A stretch of 64,000 nt of DNA, from positions 3,085-67,084 of the forward strand of contig WVWY01000001.1 in NCBI GenBank assembly GCA_011773785.1. The letters are read 5' to 3'. The stretch is from Candidatus Nitrosomaritimum khambatensis. Its GTDB lineage: Archaea > Thermoproteota > Nitrososphaeria > Nitrososphaerales > Nitrosopumilaceae. The position numbers and the translations under genes were made by a program. The notes below the pieces were generated by a model, which was not told where the DNA came from, did not search any database, and worked only from the letters and a program-made list of their open reading frames with translations. This document shows, piece after piece, positions 17,792-27,478 of this stretch (the stretch's first letter is position 1; every line of letters begins with the position of its first letter).

Positions 17792-18926
17792 TTTTTTTCT
17801 CCTTAAATTTTGCAAAATTTTCTAAAACCACTTGTAGCGCTTCTTTAGTTTGATTTGTGGTTAGAGGTGGTAATAATTCTCTTATAGCAAATTCTGCCTT
17901 GTCTTCCTTACCTAAAGCGTTAATGGATAATTTGAATAATTCATCATCAATTGCATTTGGTCTTTCTAAAAATATAGATGCATCAGTTTCCTCTTTACCA
18001 CGAATTCTCCAAAAACATCTCAAACTTTTGGCCTCAATGGGTGCAATTTGTGCCTGAATTTGCTCTACCTCTACATTTTGACCTTGAATTTTTAACTCAA
18101 TGATTGGCTTTTTTTCCAAAAGTTCAATTTTTTCTAAAATCTCGCTAACCTCTTTTCCTAATTCATCATAATTTGTTTTAAATGAGAATTGAGGTCTGGT
18201 ATGTAACTCAATCCAATTTGCCTTGGCTTCTTTTTCAGAAATATCTACTTCAAAAAATCCTTTTTTCGCTTCTTTTATCCCCTCGCTTGTTGTAAGTTCT
18301 ATTGACCCTGGATATGCAATGGGACCATTAAGATGATTGAAATTTTTAATGTCTGTGTCATGAAGATGACCCATTGCATAATACGAAAAATTTTTTGGTA
18401 GATCAGTTGATTGTAATTCTCCTGCAAATTTGTTAAATTCAGTTATTCCTTGATGTAATACTAGGATTTTATGACCAGAAAAATTTTTTGCAGCATTATC
18501 TAATTCTGCAAATTTTTCTTCATATCTTGGTATTTCTGCTTTTCTTATTTTATCTAAACCGGCTAAAAGAATTCCTTTGTATTCAAAAGGCTTACCTTGT
18601 CCGATATATTTTGAAAATTCTAAATTATGATAAACATATGGGATTGGTGTTGTACGAATTCTGCTAATATCGTGTTCGCCTAAGATAAAAAATGAATCTA
18701 TGCCATTTTGTTTTAATCTTTTCAAAGCATTTGCCATTTGAACAATAGCTGTTCCACTTGGATTGGGAACATGAAAAATATCTCCTGCAAAAATCACAAA
18801 ATTTACATGGTCTTTAATTGAAGTGTCTATTGCTTCATTAAAAGCTAGATAGATGTCTTGCTCTCTTTCCTCAGAGCCATACTGTGCTAAACCCAAATGA
18901 GTATCTGATATATGCGAAAATAACAT
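17784..18926 (-). CDS. mre11: Mre11 nuclease
   Basis: SDTHLG, AGDIF, GEHD, HQG, MGHLH and YPGS metallophosphoesterase motifs. Confidence 0.93.
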   Translation of the reverse strand: MLFSHISDTHLGLAQYGSEEREQDIYLAFNEAIDTSIKDHVNFVIFAGDIFHVPNPSGTAIVQMANALKRLKQNGIDSFFILGEHDISRIRTTPIPYVYHNLEFSKYIGQGKPFEYKGILLAGLDKIRKAEIPRYEEKFAELDNAAKNFSGHKILVLHQGITEFNKFAGELQSTDLPKNFSYYAMGHLHDTDIKNFNHLNGPIAYPGSIELTTSEGIKEAKKGFFEVDISEKEAKANWIELHTRPQFSFKTNYDELGKEVSEILEKIELLEKKPIIELKIQGQNVEVEQIQAQIAPIEAKSLRCFWRIRGKEETDASIFLERPNAIDDELFKLSINALGKEDKAEFAIRELLPPLTTNQTKEALQVVLENFAKFKEKKND

Positions 18927-20459
18927 TTAGTCTAATAACAAATCTTTTTGGACAAGTCCCTGGGTTGACTCTACTGCAATCTCATTCATTTTTTTGGTGC
19001 TGGCCCAAGCATTGACAGCACTTTGATCAGCTCCCATCATCTTTTCTTTTACCTCCTCTACATGCACCAATGAAGGTAAATTGGTCCATTGGCCGACTAG
19101 AACCGCATCTCCCACATTAAGTGAGGTCAATTGAGATATCAAATCACGGCTAGTAGATTCGGTGGCCGAGGCTATTTGGCGTTGATCATCTTCTTGAATA
19201 ATCTTCATAATGGCAAATGATCCCATTTGGCTTAATACATTCAAATCCACACTTCTAGGTCTTTGAGAAACAATCCCTAGTCCTAATCCAAACTTTCTTC
19301 CCTCTCTAGCAATTTTTGCTGCCCAATATTTTGCACCAGTGTCGTGTTCTTTGGGAATGAATACATGTGCTTCTTCAATTATTACAAAAATTGGCGAATG
19401 GAATCGATAATTTCTTTCTCTTTTTGATCTCCCATGTTGTGCTATACTTGCATCTTTTCTGTCTTTAAGTAATTGTTGAAGATAAAATGAAACTGCTACA
19501 TTAGCTTGTTTTTCTGATAATTCTGAAATGTTTAGGATGTTTGTTCTTCCTTCCTTGATGAAACTAATTGGGTCTCCCATGTCAGGATCTAAAATATCCT
19601 CGAATCTTTTTTGTGCCTCTTCCACTATGTCTTGAACTCTATAAGCTGAAGCCCGAATCTCTTTTAGTTTTTTATCCTCAGTGCTTACAATGAATTCGAG
19701 TTCATTTTCGAGTTTTGACCAAAATTCCTTAGATTCCCTAACATTTTTTGTAAATGCCATACGCAAAACTCTTTGTTGAACATTTGCTCCGTCTCTTATC
19801 TCTAATACTTCGGAAAATTGATCAGCATCTAAAAGTCTAGGATTAATTTTTGCATCAATAACGTTGATTCTAGGAATATTCAGAGTTGTATAATCATTAT
19901 GATAATCAAATATTATTACAGTTCCATCAAGTTTTCCAATTTGTTTTGCAACCAAAGATACCAAATTACTTTTTCCCATTCCTGTCATTGCCAAAATTCC
20001 TAAATGTCGAGAAACTATTTTGTCCAAATTGACTTTCGCTTCAATTGACTTGTTTCTTAGCAATGTTCCAATTTTTGCCCATCCTTCGTTTTGAGAACTA
20101 AAAATTGATTCTAATTCTTGTTTGGTAGGTTGAGTAATTTTTGTGCCTGGAATAGGGGGAATTGCCGGAATAATTGATTGGCCTTTTTGTAATTTGTCCA
20201 AAAATCCTAAAATTCCGATATTTGCTGTGAATGTTTTATCTCGTTTGTTTATCTCAGCAATCTCTGTACTTTCTGCTGCTTCATCAAAATTTTTAACATC
20301 TGCAAAGGCAGCACTTGATATTTTCGATTTTTCTACCAGCCCTAGAATTTTTCCTTCTTCAGTATCAATAATTGTGTACTCCCCAACAGAAAGAGGTCTT
20401 GAGGTAAGAGCAGTAACAAATGTGGGCTTGGATTCTCCAATAACATATCCTAAACTCAT
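18927..20459 (-). CDS. herA: HerA helicase/translocase
   Basis: HAS barrel; RHLGILAMTGMGKS, EEAH and IAREGRKFG..SQRP. Confidence 0.93.
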   Translation of the reverse strand: MSLGYVIGESKPTFVTALTSRPLSVGEYTIIDTEEGKILGLVEKSKISSAAFADVKNFDEAAESTEIAEINKRDKTFTANIGILGFLDKLQKGQSIIPAIPPIPGTKITQPTKQELESIFSSQNEGWAKIGTLLRNKSIEAKVNLDKIVSRHLGILAMTGMGKSNLVSLVAKQIGKLDGTVIIFDYHNDYTTLNIPRINVIDAKINPRLLDADQFSEVLEIRDGANVQQRVLRMAFTKNVRESKEFWSKLENELEFIVSTEDKKLKEIRASAYRVQDIVEEAQKRFEDILDPDMGDPISFIKEGRTNILNISELSEKQANVAVSFYLQQLLKDRKDASIAQHGRSKRERNYRFHSPIFVIIEEAHVFIPKEHDTGAKYWAAKIAREGRKFGLGLGIVSQRPRSVDLNVLSQMGSFAIMKIIQEDDQRQIASATESTSRDLISQLTSLNVGDAVLVGQWTNLPSLVHVEEVKEKMMGADQSAVNAWASTKKMNEIAVESTQGLVQKDLLLD

Positions 20460-21292
20460 CCTAGAACCTCCCTTGAACCAATTTCATTACTTAAACCCAA
20501 AAGACTTACCATTTTTGCAAGTTCTTTGTCGGATATTTTACAGTTATTATGAGCAAGCTTGAGTGCATATGGATAGCCTCCTACACTATTCTTGTAAAGT
20601 TTGTTCAATGTGGATTTAATTTCATTTTCGGAATGATCTTCCCCTAAAAATTCTAGCTTGATAATGGGTGTTGATTCACTCAAACGAACAAAAGTAGATG
20701 CAATAATTTTATCTGATCCATATTTTTTTTCTACAAATAATTTTGAAAATCCTGGGGATTTGGTTATGTGATTATAATAGAAAATATCTCCGGCAAGGGA
20801 CCCATATTTTTCAAATTGCTTTTTTGTGTTTGAAGTTTTAGCTATGAAAATTACATTGTTTTTCTTTTTCATTGTTTTTACCACTATGGCATCAAGTGAT
20901 GACTGTCTGGTCATAAACTGAGAATGTAAAGAACCATCCATCAAAACTAAATCTACTTCATCAACTGTTTTTTCACATGCTTCAATCTCCATCTTGCTTG
21001 CAATTTTAGATAAATCTACATCGGAACCTAAACCAGAATCATGTAGATCTACTAGTATCTCTCCATTTGATTTCACTGATACTGCAGTAGCAGCCCACAA
21101 CTCTATTCCTTGGAATTTAGTGTTGTTGAAGCTAGAATCTATTCCTGCAGTGACTGATTCATGTTTCTCAGGATTGTACTCTACCCAGTTTTCTTTGGCT
21201 TTTTTTAAAATTTGTTCAAATTTGGGACCCTTGAGAATGGATAGCATCTTATCTCGATTTAATATGGCATCCTTGTAAACGGTATTGAGCAC
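20456..21292 (-). CDS. nurA: NurA 5'-3' nuclease
   Basis: GIDSS, LMDGSL and GYPYALKLAH. First gene of the operon. Confidence 0.92.
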   Translation of the reverse strand: MLNTVYKDAILNRDKMLSILKGPKFEQILKKAKENWVEYNPEKHESVTAGIDSSFNNTKFQGIELWAATAVSVKSNGEILVDLHDSGLGSDVDLSKIASKMEIEACEKTVDEVDLVLMDGSLHSQFMTRQSSLDAIVVKTMKKKNNVIFIAKTSNTKKQFEKYGSLAGDIFYYNHITKSPGFSKLFVEKKYGSDKIIASTFVRLSESTPIIKLEFLGEDHSENEIKSTLNKLYKNSVGGYPYALKLAHNNCKISDKELAKMVSLLGLSNEIGSREVLG

Positions 21293-21371
21293 AAAAATAG
21301 TTAGTAGTTTTGAATAAAATCTTTAGGTTATACTGAAAGTTGACAATGAAAGGGTTCTTTTTGTGGAAATT

Positions 21372-21557
21372 TTAAAAGAAAATCGAAGGCTTGTCCCAGG
21401 CAAATAACAACAAAACACCTGTCAGAATTACAAAGGCAGCCATAAAGTAAATCACAACATGCAGTATTCCGATTTTTTTACTAAAGTAATTTCCAACAAA
21501 CACGACCACTATCCCCATAAACACTAGACCTAGACCTAAAATCAGATTCTCATACAC
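21372..21557 (-). CDS. Small two-TM membrane protein
   Basis: 61 aa with two hydrophobic helices. Confidence 0.6.
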   Translation of the reverse strand: MYENLILGLGLVFMGIVVVFVGNYFSKKIGILHVVIYFMAAFVILTGVLLLFAWDKPSIFF

Positions 21558-21595
21558 AAACTTTGAGATATTACTCTTGTATAAGTCTCTAAAGA

Positions 21596-22600
21596 TTATC
21601 CTATTCTGCTTTTCAAAATAATTTTTTCTTCAGTTCCAGACGGTGTTGTAGTATCGATGTACCTTATCTCATACCAGTCTCCAATATGGACTACTTTGCC
21701 ATCAAGTTGGCGTGGAATCTTTATTTTGACTTCAAAAACATCTGTATTCTCACCAGTTTCTAACAAGTAGCTAGAGTTTGCATCAAAGCTAGGTGATGCA
21801 AGACTGATTCTGATTCCTCCTTCTCCTCTGTATTCTAATCGACTCAAAGGAATTCTATCTACATCTTTTGAATCTCTGTTTGCATCAGGTTCGTATAATC
21901 TCAAGATAAACTCATGACCAATCCTTGTCTTGTCTGCAGAGCTTTGAATCTGAGCATAGGTATTTCGTAAAGGAATTGATTTGACAAGAACTTGTGGCTC
22001 TCCAGATGCATCTGATTCATCAAGATATCTTACCTCAACAATATCATCTTGATCAATTGGTTTTCCGTTAATTGTATCAGGTAACTGTAATCTTGCATAA
22101 AATACTCCAGTGTCTGGTCCTGTCTCAATCATTCGTTCTGGTCCTGGAATGGGAATGCCATTGATTAGAAACTCTACTAGTCCTTCAGTTTCAATTAGTT
22201 CAACCCCTGAGTGTGCCAAGTTCAAATCATCATCTGTTATGTAAAAATTCACAATCGAGCCGCCAGAGGCTGGAATGTTTGTAATTTCATCTTGAGCATC
22301 TTTGAATTGAACTGTACGCTCTGGAGTTACAGATTTTGATTCTGGTTCAATATCTGTCACTTTGATTGGAACAAATGCCATTCCTCTTTCTTGAAAGACT
22401 TCGGCAGTAGATGGTTTTACACAAGCAGGAGCACCATTATTTCTAATAATTAGATTCAGCCCTTCTTTGCAAATTACTTCTTCAGCAGCAACTCCTCTCT
22501 TCATTTGTTGTTTAGGCGATTCTATTTGAGCATCAACAGGAATGGCAAGAGTGAAAATTAACGATAATACAAAACCAAATACAATCTTGTTCTTATACAA
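21596..22600 (-). CDS. Secreted protein with thaumarchaeal surface-protein-type repeats
   Basis: Signal peptide from TTG 22600; N-terminal C..GL.L..CV motif; two D.D.N...ETG..T.VF modules. Confidence 0.7.
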   Translation of the reverse strand: MYKNKIVFGFVLSLIFTLAIPVDAQIESPKQQMKRGVAAEEVICKEGLNLIIRNNGAPACVKPSTAEVFQERGMAFVPIKVTDIEPESKSVTPERTVQFKDAQDEITNIPASGGSIVNFYITDDDLNLAHSGVELIETEGLVEFLINGIPIPGPERMIETGPDTGVFYARLQLPDTINGKPIDQDDIVEVRYLDESDASGEPQVLVKSIPLRNTYAQIQSSADKTRIGHEFILRLYEPDANRDSKDVDRIPLSRLEYRGEGGIRISLASPSFDANSSYLLETGENTDVFEVKIKIPRQLDGKVVHIGDWYEIRYIDTTTPSGTEEKIILKSRIG

Positions 22601-22737
22601 TGTACCATTAATCTTGTTTTTATCATAAATAGATTGATGATAAATTCTACTTGTCATTTGACAATCAGACTAGAGAATCATTGCTGAAAATATGTGCATT
22701 GGTTATATTTGATAAAGATAGAGAGTCTTTGAGAGAT

Positions 22738-23325
22738 ATGAAAAGAGTCCTTGCAGCAACCCCATTATTGTTATTGATGCTTATTCCTATTTCGACTGCT
22801 CATGCAGAGCATGTATTTCCTTTTGATGCACATGCACAATTTCTTGACATTTCTCAGTTAGAGGCTGAAAAAACCTCATTCGTATTTGATGATATAGAAT
22901 ACACTCTCTACTATGGATATCATGGTAGCATTGACAGCTCAATGATGGAGGAATTTGGTGAACCAGTAGTCACAGAGATGATTATCAATCAAGAAAGAAA
23001 GTCCATTGAAGTTTCTTTTGAAAAAGTTCCCGAGACAACTGATTTTTGGGTAAGAATTCCATTTGAGGTCTTAACTGCAGAAAAAGAGGATTACACAGTT
23101 TTGGTTAATGGTGAGGATACTGGATACGACCTAATGAAAATGCCTGATGCATATGTAGTAGGATTGATAATTACTGAAGAAACTCAACATGTTGAAATTA
23201 TAGGCACAAATGTAATTCCAGAATTTGGAACAGTTGCAATTATGGTACTAGGTGTATCGATTTTAGGAATTGTTTACTTTGTCAGAAAATCTCCTTTAGG
23301 TGCATCCTGGACTAGGATTAATTAG
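22738..23325 (+). CDS. PEFG-CTERM sorting-domain surface protein
   Basis: Signal peptide from ATG 22738; EIIGTNVIPEFG, TM helix and basic tail. Confidence 0.85.
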   Translation: MKRVLAATPLLLLMLIPISTAHAEHVFPFDAHAQFLDISQLEAEKTSFVFDDIEYTLYYGYHGSIDSSMMEEFGEPVVTEMIINQERKSIEVSFEKVPETTDFWVRIPFEVLTAEKEDYTVLVNGEDTGYDLMKMPDAYVVGLIITEETQHVEIIGTNVIPEFGTVAIMVLGVSILGIVYFVRKSPLGASWTRIN

Positions 23326-23348
23326 GCAATTTCTTTAAGATTATTCTG

Positions 23349-24167
23349 ATGAAAAAAATCGGGCTTCTTGGTTGTGGTGCCATAGGAACTCAAATAGCTT
23401 TGGCAATTGATTCAGGAAAAATTCCAGCAAAGTTAACTCATGTCTATGATGGCTCAAAAGAAGCTTCTGCAAAATTAGTTGAAAAATTAAATTCCAAACC
23501 AATAATTGTAGAAAACTCTCACCTTTTATCTTCAAACCCAGTTGATATTATTGTAGAGGCTGCATCTCAAGATGCAGTAAAAGATGTCTCACTAAGTGTA
23601 CTTCAAAACAAAAAAGACCTTATGATTATGAGTGTTGGTGCTTTACTTGATGAATCAATTTATGATATTTTATCTGATGCATGCAAGGATTTCAAAAAAA
23701 CAATTTATCTCCCATCTGGAGCAATTGCAGGATTAGATGGAATAAAGGCAGTACATGATGAACTAGACTCTCTTTCAATTACTACTACCAAACATCCACG
23801 ATCTTTGAAAGGTGCAAAGTTTTTTGAAAATTCAGATATTGATTTGGATTCTCTTGATTCTAAAACAGAAATCTTTCAAGGCACTGCAAAACAAGCAGTA
23901 TCGCTTTTTCCTGCAAATATCAATGTGGCAGCACTTCTCTCATTAACTGGAATTGGTAGTGAAAACACCAAAGTGGTGATTGTTGCAGATCCTAAAACTG
24001 ATAAAAACACTCATCACATTGAAGCAAAAGGCAGTTTTGGGAAAATGACTTTTACTATTGAAAATTTTCCAGATCCTAACAATCCTAAAACTAGCAGATT
24101 GGCAATCTTGTCTGCAATTGAAACTCTCAGAAAGTACTGTTCAGATGAAATTCAAATTGGAACATAA
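23349..24167 (+). CDS. nadX: L-aspartate dehydrogenase (NAD biosynthesis)
   Basis: GCGAIG, VEAAS, PSGAIAGLD, FPANINVAA and NPKTSRLA. Adjacent to nadA. Confidence 0.93.
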   Translation: MKKIGLLGCGAIGTQIALAIDSGKIPAKLTHVYDGSKEASAKLVEKLNSKPIIVENSHLLSSNPVDIIVEAASQDAVKDVSLSVLQNKKDLMIMSVGALLDESIYDILSDACKDFKKTIYLPSGAIAGLDGIKAVHDELDSLSITTTKHPRSLKGAKFFENSDIDLDSLDSKTEIFQGTAKQAVSLFPANINVAALLSLTGIGSENTKVVIVADPKTDKNTHHIEAKGSFGKMTFTIENFPDPNNPKTSRLAILSAIETLRKYCSDEIQIGT

Positions 24168-24261
24168 TATGGCAAATATTGCCACTATTACCAAAATATT
24201 ATAGAATTCTGGGCATCATCTTAGTCTTTAAATCCTGTATTTTTTCATTTTTCTTTGGCTT

Positions 24262-25218
24262 ATGCTCGTCCAAGATACATCCAAGCTCAAAGAAGACATC
24301 TTACGTCTAAAAAAAGAAAAAGACGTAGTAATTCTTGCGCATAATTATCAAATTCCAGACATTCAAGATATTGCTGATTTCACAGGCGACTCACTTGGAC
24401 TCTCAAGACAAGCAGCCAAAGTTCCTCAAAAAACAATCTTGTTTTGCGGAGTCCACTTTATGGCAGAAACAGCAAAGATTATCAGCCCACAAAAAAAGGT
24501 ACTAATTCCAGATTTGGAAGCAGGATGTTCATTATCTGATTCTATTACTCTTGATGAATTAAAAAATTGGAAAAAACAACATCCAAAAGCAATAGCAGTA
24601 GGATATGTCAACACTACAGCAGAAATAAAATCTGAATTAGATTACTGTTGCACATCTTCAAATGCAGTAAATGTTGTTAATGCAATTCCTAAAGACAAAG
24701 AGATTTTGTTTTTGCCTGACATGTTTTTGGGCTCTTATGTTGCCAAAGTTACTGGAAGAAAAAATATGCACATTTGGGCAGGTGAATGTCATGTGCATGC
24801 AGGAATCACTCCTGAAGATGTAACTAAAAAATTAGATTCGCTTAAAGATTCTGAATTTGTAATACATCCAGAATGTAGCTGCACCACACCAATGCTTTAT
24901 GATCTTGCTTCTGGTAGCTTTGATGATAGAAAAGTTTCCATTCTTTCAACTGAAGGAATGCTAAATCGCGTTAAAGATTCTAAAGCAAAGAACTTTGTTG
25001 TTGCAACTGAAACTGGAATTTTATATCGAATGAGAAAACAAAATCCCGACAAAAACTTTGTTCCAGCTTCAGACAAAGCCGAATGCCAACACATGAAGAT
25101 GAATACTCTAGAAAAGGTCTATGACTCTATTGTTCAAGACAAGTATGAAGTTACAGTACCCAAAGAGATTGCCGATAAAGCCCGATTAGCAATTGAACGC
25201 ATGCTTGCCATTAGTTAA
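24262..25218 (+). CDS. nadA: Quinolinate synthase
   Basis: LAHNYQ, GDSL, FCGVHFMAE, GCSL, CHVH, HPEC and C.HMK. Confidence 0.96.
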   Translation: MLVQDTSKLKEDILRLKKEKDVVILAHNYQIPDIQDIADFTGDSLGLSRQAAKVPQKTILFCGVHFMAETAKIISPQKKVLIPDLEAGCSLSDSITLDELKNWKKQHPKAIAVGYVNTTAEIKSELDYCCTSSNAVNVVNAIPKDKEILFLPDMFLGSYVAKVTGRKNMHIWAGECHVHAGITPEDVTKKLDSLKDSEFVIHPECSCTTPMLYDLASGSFDDRKVSILSTEGMLNRVKDSKAKNFVVATETGILYRMRKQNPDKNFVPASDKAECQHMKMNTLEKVYDSIVQDKYEVTVPKEIADKARLAIERMLAIS

Positions 25219-25335
25219 TCTGCGAGTCCAACCATCTATTCATAATTTCATTTTTTCACAAATATGAGGAACTTTGCGATCAAACCAAGCACAAACTAGA
25301 CAATACTTAATAATTTTTTATTATTAACGTAAAGA

Positions 25336-26964
25336 GTGAACATAAGAAAACTCCCTACTATTATGTTAATCTTGGGCGTTGCGTTTACCAGTCTTATTTG
25401 GTATGGATTCATTTTTGAAGAAAGAAAGTTAGCAAACAATGAATTCGATTCTAGGACCGAAAATCTGGTTGACTCTGTAGTCAACCGACTCTCTCATCAT
25501 GAACAAGTCCTTATGGGTGCCAAAGGTCTCTTTCTTTCTTCAGAGGAGGTAACGTATGATGAATGGAAAGAATTCATTACTTCTCAGGATATCAGGCAAA
25601 GATTTCCTGGAATTCAAGGAGTTGGTTACATTGAGTCTGTTACCTCTGATTTACAAAAAACTGAATTGAAAAACAAAATGGAAAGCTATGGAATTGAAGA
25701 TTTCTCAATTCATCCAGAAGGAATTCGCGATGAATACTATCCCGTAATCTATCTTCATCCAATGGATGTAAGAAATCAAAAGGCTTTAGGATATGATGTT
25801 TATACACAGGAAACTAGACGTGAGGCTGTAGATTTGTCAGCAACTACGGGACAAACGACAATTACTGGAAAGATAATCTTGGTTCAAGAAGATGAATCTC
25901 TGGGAAAAATTCAAAATGGCTTTTTGATGTTAATGCCAATATATGAAAATGAATCACAAACTAGTGACCCAAAAGGATTTGTTTATGCTGTATTTAGGAT
26001 GGATGATTTTATTTACGGATTGTTTGATTTGGGAGAATTTGAAAATCTAAACATGAAAATTTATGATGTACAACAATCAGAAGATAACCTTTTTTTTAAT
26101 GCCCACGCTAGTACAAATTCACTAATTTCAAACGAGTTTTCTGCAATTTCAAGAGCGACTCTTGATAATAGAGACTGGCTATTCACCTTTGAAGGCACTT
26201 CATTATATTCGACCTCTTATGCTCTTCCAATACTCATTCCTATTGTAGGATATTCTTTTTCCTTTTTGTTATTTTACCTCTTTTCACTTTCTCAAAAAAC
26301 TCTGGATCTTAAACGAAGAGAGTTAGAAGCAATTAAGGTGTCCAAGGCCCAAGACAAAGTAATTGAACAACAAAATCAAGCCCTGCTCAAATTTACAGAC
26401 CAAAATGACAACATTTGTGTTTGTTCGATTGATATTGTAGACTCTACCAAAATCACCGCAAAATTGTCGGATGCTCAAACAAGCCGACTTTATGGCAAGT
26501 TTCTTAACTTTGCAGCAGGAATTATTGAGTCATATCGTGGTGTCGTGGTTAAAAACGTTGGAGATGCTATCCTGTTTTATTTTGAATGTCCTAAAACCTA
26601 CAGAAAGAGTGAATTTATCAGAGTGCTTGATTGCTGTATGGATTTAATCGAACAACAAGATGAACTAAATCAACGATTAAAAGAATCCGAACTTCCTTCA
26701 TTAGATTACAGAATCAGTGCTACATATGGTTCTGTCATGATTGCAAAAATTCTAAAATTTGGAACACCTGATATCTTTGGTTCTACTGTAAATCAAACCT
26801 TCAAAATTAACAGATTAGCCAAGAAAAACGGACTTGTTGTTTCAGATCTGTTATATGAAAAAGTAAAAACTACAAGTGAATACAATTTTGTTGAAGTGGA
26901 TAAAGCGATACCAAAAGAATTTGGATATTCAGTTTACCATGTTTCAAAAAATACATCTAATTGA
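25336..26964 (+). CDS. CHASE-domain membrane receptor fused to a class III nucleotidyl cyclase
   Basis: TM, CHASE (FPGIQGVG, YYPVIY..P..RN.KALGYD, LVQE), TM, then cyclase domain (IDIVDST, KNVGDA, DIFGSTVN). Confidence 0.88.
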   Translation: MNIRKLPTIMLILGVAFTSLIWYGFIFEERKLANNEFDSRTENLVDSVVNRLSHHEQVLMGAKGLFLSSEEVTYDEWKEFITSQDIRQRFPGIQGVGYIESVTSDLQKTELKNKMESYGIEDFSIHPEGIRDEYYPVIYLHPMDVRNQKALGYDVYTQETRREAVDLSATTGQTTITGKIILVQEDESLGKIQNGFLMLMPIYENESQTSDPKGFVYAVFRMDDFIYGLFDLGEFENLNMKIYDVQQSEDNLFFNAHASTNSLISNEFSAISRATLDNRDWLFTFEGTSLYSTSYALPILIPIVGYSFSFLLFYLFSLSQKTLDLKRRELEAIKVSKAQDKVIEQQNQALLKFTDQNDNICVCSIDIVDSTKITAKLSDAQTSRLYGKFLNFAAGIIESYRGVVVKNVGDAILFYFECPKTYRKSEFIRVLDCCMDLIEQQDELNQRLKESELPSLDYRISATYGSVMIAKILKFGTPDIFGSTVNQTFKINRLAKKNGLVVSDLLYEKVKTTSEYNFVEVDKAIPKEFGYSVYHVSKNTSN

Positions 26965-27076
26965 AAACTGGATTTAAACACGAATTCTATTATCTAAAAA
27001 TTGAAATTAGTTTTTTACGAAAATGAAAATCTAGTCTCACTAAGGTATTATTTGGGTAGTTTGAGCCTAAATTAGA

Positions 27077-27478
27077 TTGGTTGGATTATTTGGTTTAGGC
27101 TCTAAAGACCCAGAGAAAAAAGGTATTTCCAAAAAAAAGAAAGAACTGCGAAAGTTAGTAAAGGAAAAAAAATATGATTCAGCCCTGAGAATCGGTACAG
27201 ACATTCTCAAAAAAGTACCACACGAAAATGATGTCTTGTTCATTATGGGGGGTATTAATTTTACCAAAGGAAAATACCGCACAGCAATTTCTTATTTTGA
27301 AAAATCCCTAGAAATTGCTACCCATGATGTAGATGTTCTTGTTTCAAATGCCGAAGCTAATTACAGAATTGGAAATTTCACCAGAGCAACTCAGTGTTGT
27401 GATACAATCAAAGAAATTGATTCTAAAAATAAATTCGTAGCAGAAATGCTAAAAAAAATAGAAGACGCAAAAAAGTAA
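27077..27478 (+). CDS. TPR-repeat protein
   Basis: TPR-like helices (GKYRTAISYFEKSL, GNFTRATQC). Confidence 0.75.
   Translation: MVGLFGLGSKDPEKKGISKKKKELRKLVKEKKYDSALRIGTDILKKVPHENDVLFIMGGINFTKGKYRTAISYFEKSLEIATHDVDVLVSNAEANYRIGNFTRATQCCDTIKEIDSKNKFVAEMLKKIEDAKK

Noticed and set aside
25219..27076. Terminal repeats around the CHASE-cyclase gene
   Set aside because: Only weak A/T-run similarities were found, which are expected by chance in AT-rich spacers.
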